DNA of 62,975 nt, filler included, from Squatina squatina (lineage: Eukaryota): the NCBI GenBank assembly GCA_031763465.1. It is 3 parts of 3 records of this genome, joined end to end, with 100 filler letters (N's around TTAATTAATTAA, not from the genome) between each part and the next. Parts side by side here need not be neighbours in the genome. Positions count along the whole stretch, not along the records: positions 45,734 to 62,975 come from JARFOE010000234.1; 2 more parts are not named here. The stretch is one strand, 5' to 3'. Numbering within the stretch: the first letter of the stretch is position 1; every line of letters begins with the position of its first letter. The notes under the pieces were generated by a model. That model was not told the DNA's origin. It saw only the letters and a program-made list of their open reading frames with translations, and searched no databases. The translations under genes and the position numbers were made by a program. Positions 62,016-62,975 of the stretch are shown here, in pieces.

Positions 62016-62975
62016 GGGTTGGGAGGAGAAGTGCGAGTTGGGAAAGGGAGAGCCATTCAAGAGAGACTGCACCAGTTGGGNNNNNNNNNNTAGTAACACC
62101 AGGAAGAACATGAGTGCCACCATAGAGGAAAATCTGGGTCAGCACATTTAACAATACCAGTCTTCAAACCATGCTGTTTGTAAAAATAAATCTTTTTCCT
62201 ATGTCTGGATTTTTTCTGAGAGTGCTGGAGTGTGTAAATGAGAATGATTTGTAGATTGCAGGGTTTTTTTCCGATGAATCCGTCCTATTTAGACTCACAC
62301 AATTGATGGTATTTATTTAAACTGAATGCATCAAACCACAAAGAAGATAAAATGCAAATTCTTTGAAACATTTCAGACAAAATGAAAGGTGTTTTTTTTC
62401 TGTTCAGTGGAGAGTGCCAATGAGGGAAGAGATGTGTTTAAACCATTTAATGGGAAATTTGCAGATTCTGAAAGGGACCCAACGCTTTGGGGCAGTCAAG
62501 CTCAGCTGAAACAATGAGCACAGATGAACTGGAAACATGATGTACAGTGAAGAAAGAGCAACTATTGCTCACAGATCTGCCCCAGTAGTTAAAACCAGTT
62601 TGAACTTCTAAACTGTTATATGTCCATAAAAGATGGCATTTAACTATTGAAAAGTACTCCAATGTTTCAATATTGCTTCACTGAGTTAATACAGAAGGTT
62701 TTTGTTAGCAAATCTGAACAATTTGGCAGGTTCTGAAACAATTACAGCAGATTGTGTTGCCCCTGCTGTCAATCAGACTGTTAACAGATGTGCTCAAAAT
62801 GGTTTCTATGTGGCCTTTGCTGAGCTTTCATTCAGCAGGAACCTGCAGGAATGCTGACCCTAACGAGAGGGCATCCTACCTCCTCAATGCTACCAGTGAC
62901 ACCAGCGATGGAGCACTCTTTCTCCCTCTTGCCGTCTTGAGCATTTTTTAAAAATAATCTCCGATGCCCCATTGT

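Noticed and set aside
713-62113. ORF-track entries containing runs of X
   Set aside because: They reach the length threshold only by reading through N gaps and are not evidence of coding sequence.
1-62975. A novel prokaryotic-type system (CRISPR array, defence operon, retron and similar)
   Set aside because: The DNA is vertebrate, with spliced exons and LINE/SINE debris. No regularly spaced repeat-spacer array, operon-like gene density or intact RT/nuclease gene is present.

Overview
This is eukaryotic, AT-rich vertebrate DNA. The repeat content (CR1/HER1-type LINEs, L2, Tx1, Penelope elements with the 'ctccacagatgctgcctgacctgctgag' terminal repeat, Harbinger transposons, tRNA-derived SINEs) points to a cartilaginous fish (shark or ray); this is inference from repeat families. 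The assembly is very fragmented, with a 100-N gap every 1-2 kb. Two artificial N44-TTAATTAATTAA-N44 linkers (31357-31456, 45634-45733) suggest at least three independently assembled pieces. Recognisable host coding sequence is limited to two + strand exons of a HERC1/HERC1-like RCC1-like domain (29282-29593, 31036-31179) and one - strand RASGEF1C exon (31822-31959). A few unidentified candidate exons are also present. The rest is intronic or intergenic DNA dense with decayed mobile elements. I found no prokaryotic-type system (no CRISPR, operon, rRNA or intact tRNA) and cannot support a wholly new biological system here. The best leads are a possible HERC1 paralogue, a tRNA-headed LINE whose internally deleted derivative is a SINE, a decayed hammerhead ribozyme in a Penelope terminal repeat, and a ~112-bp inverted repeat pair. 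Protein and repeat identifications come from recalled family sequences, not database searches, and repeat boundaries are approximate.
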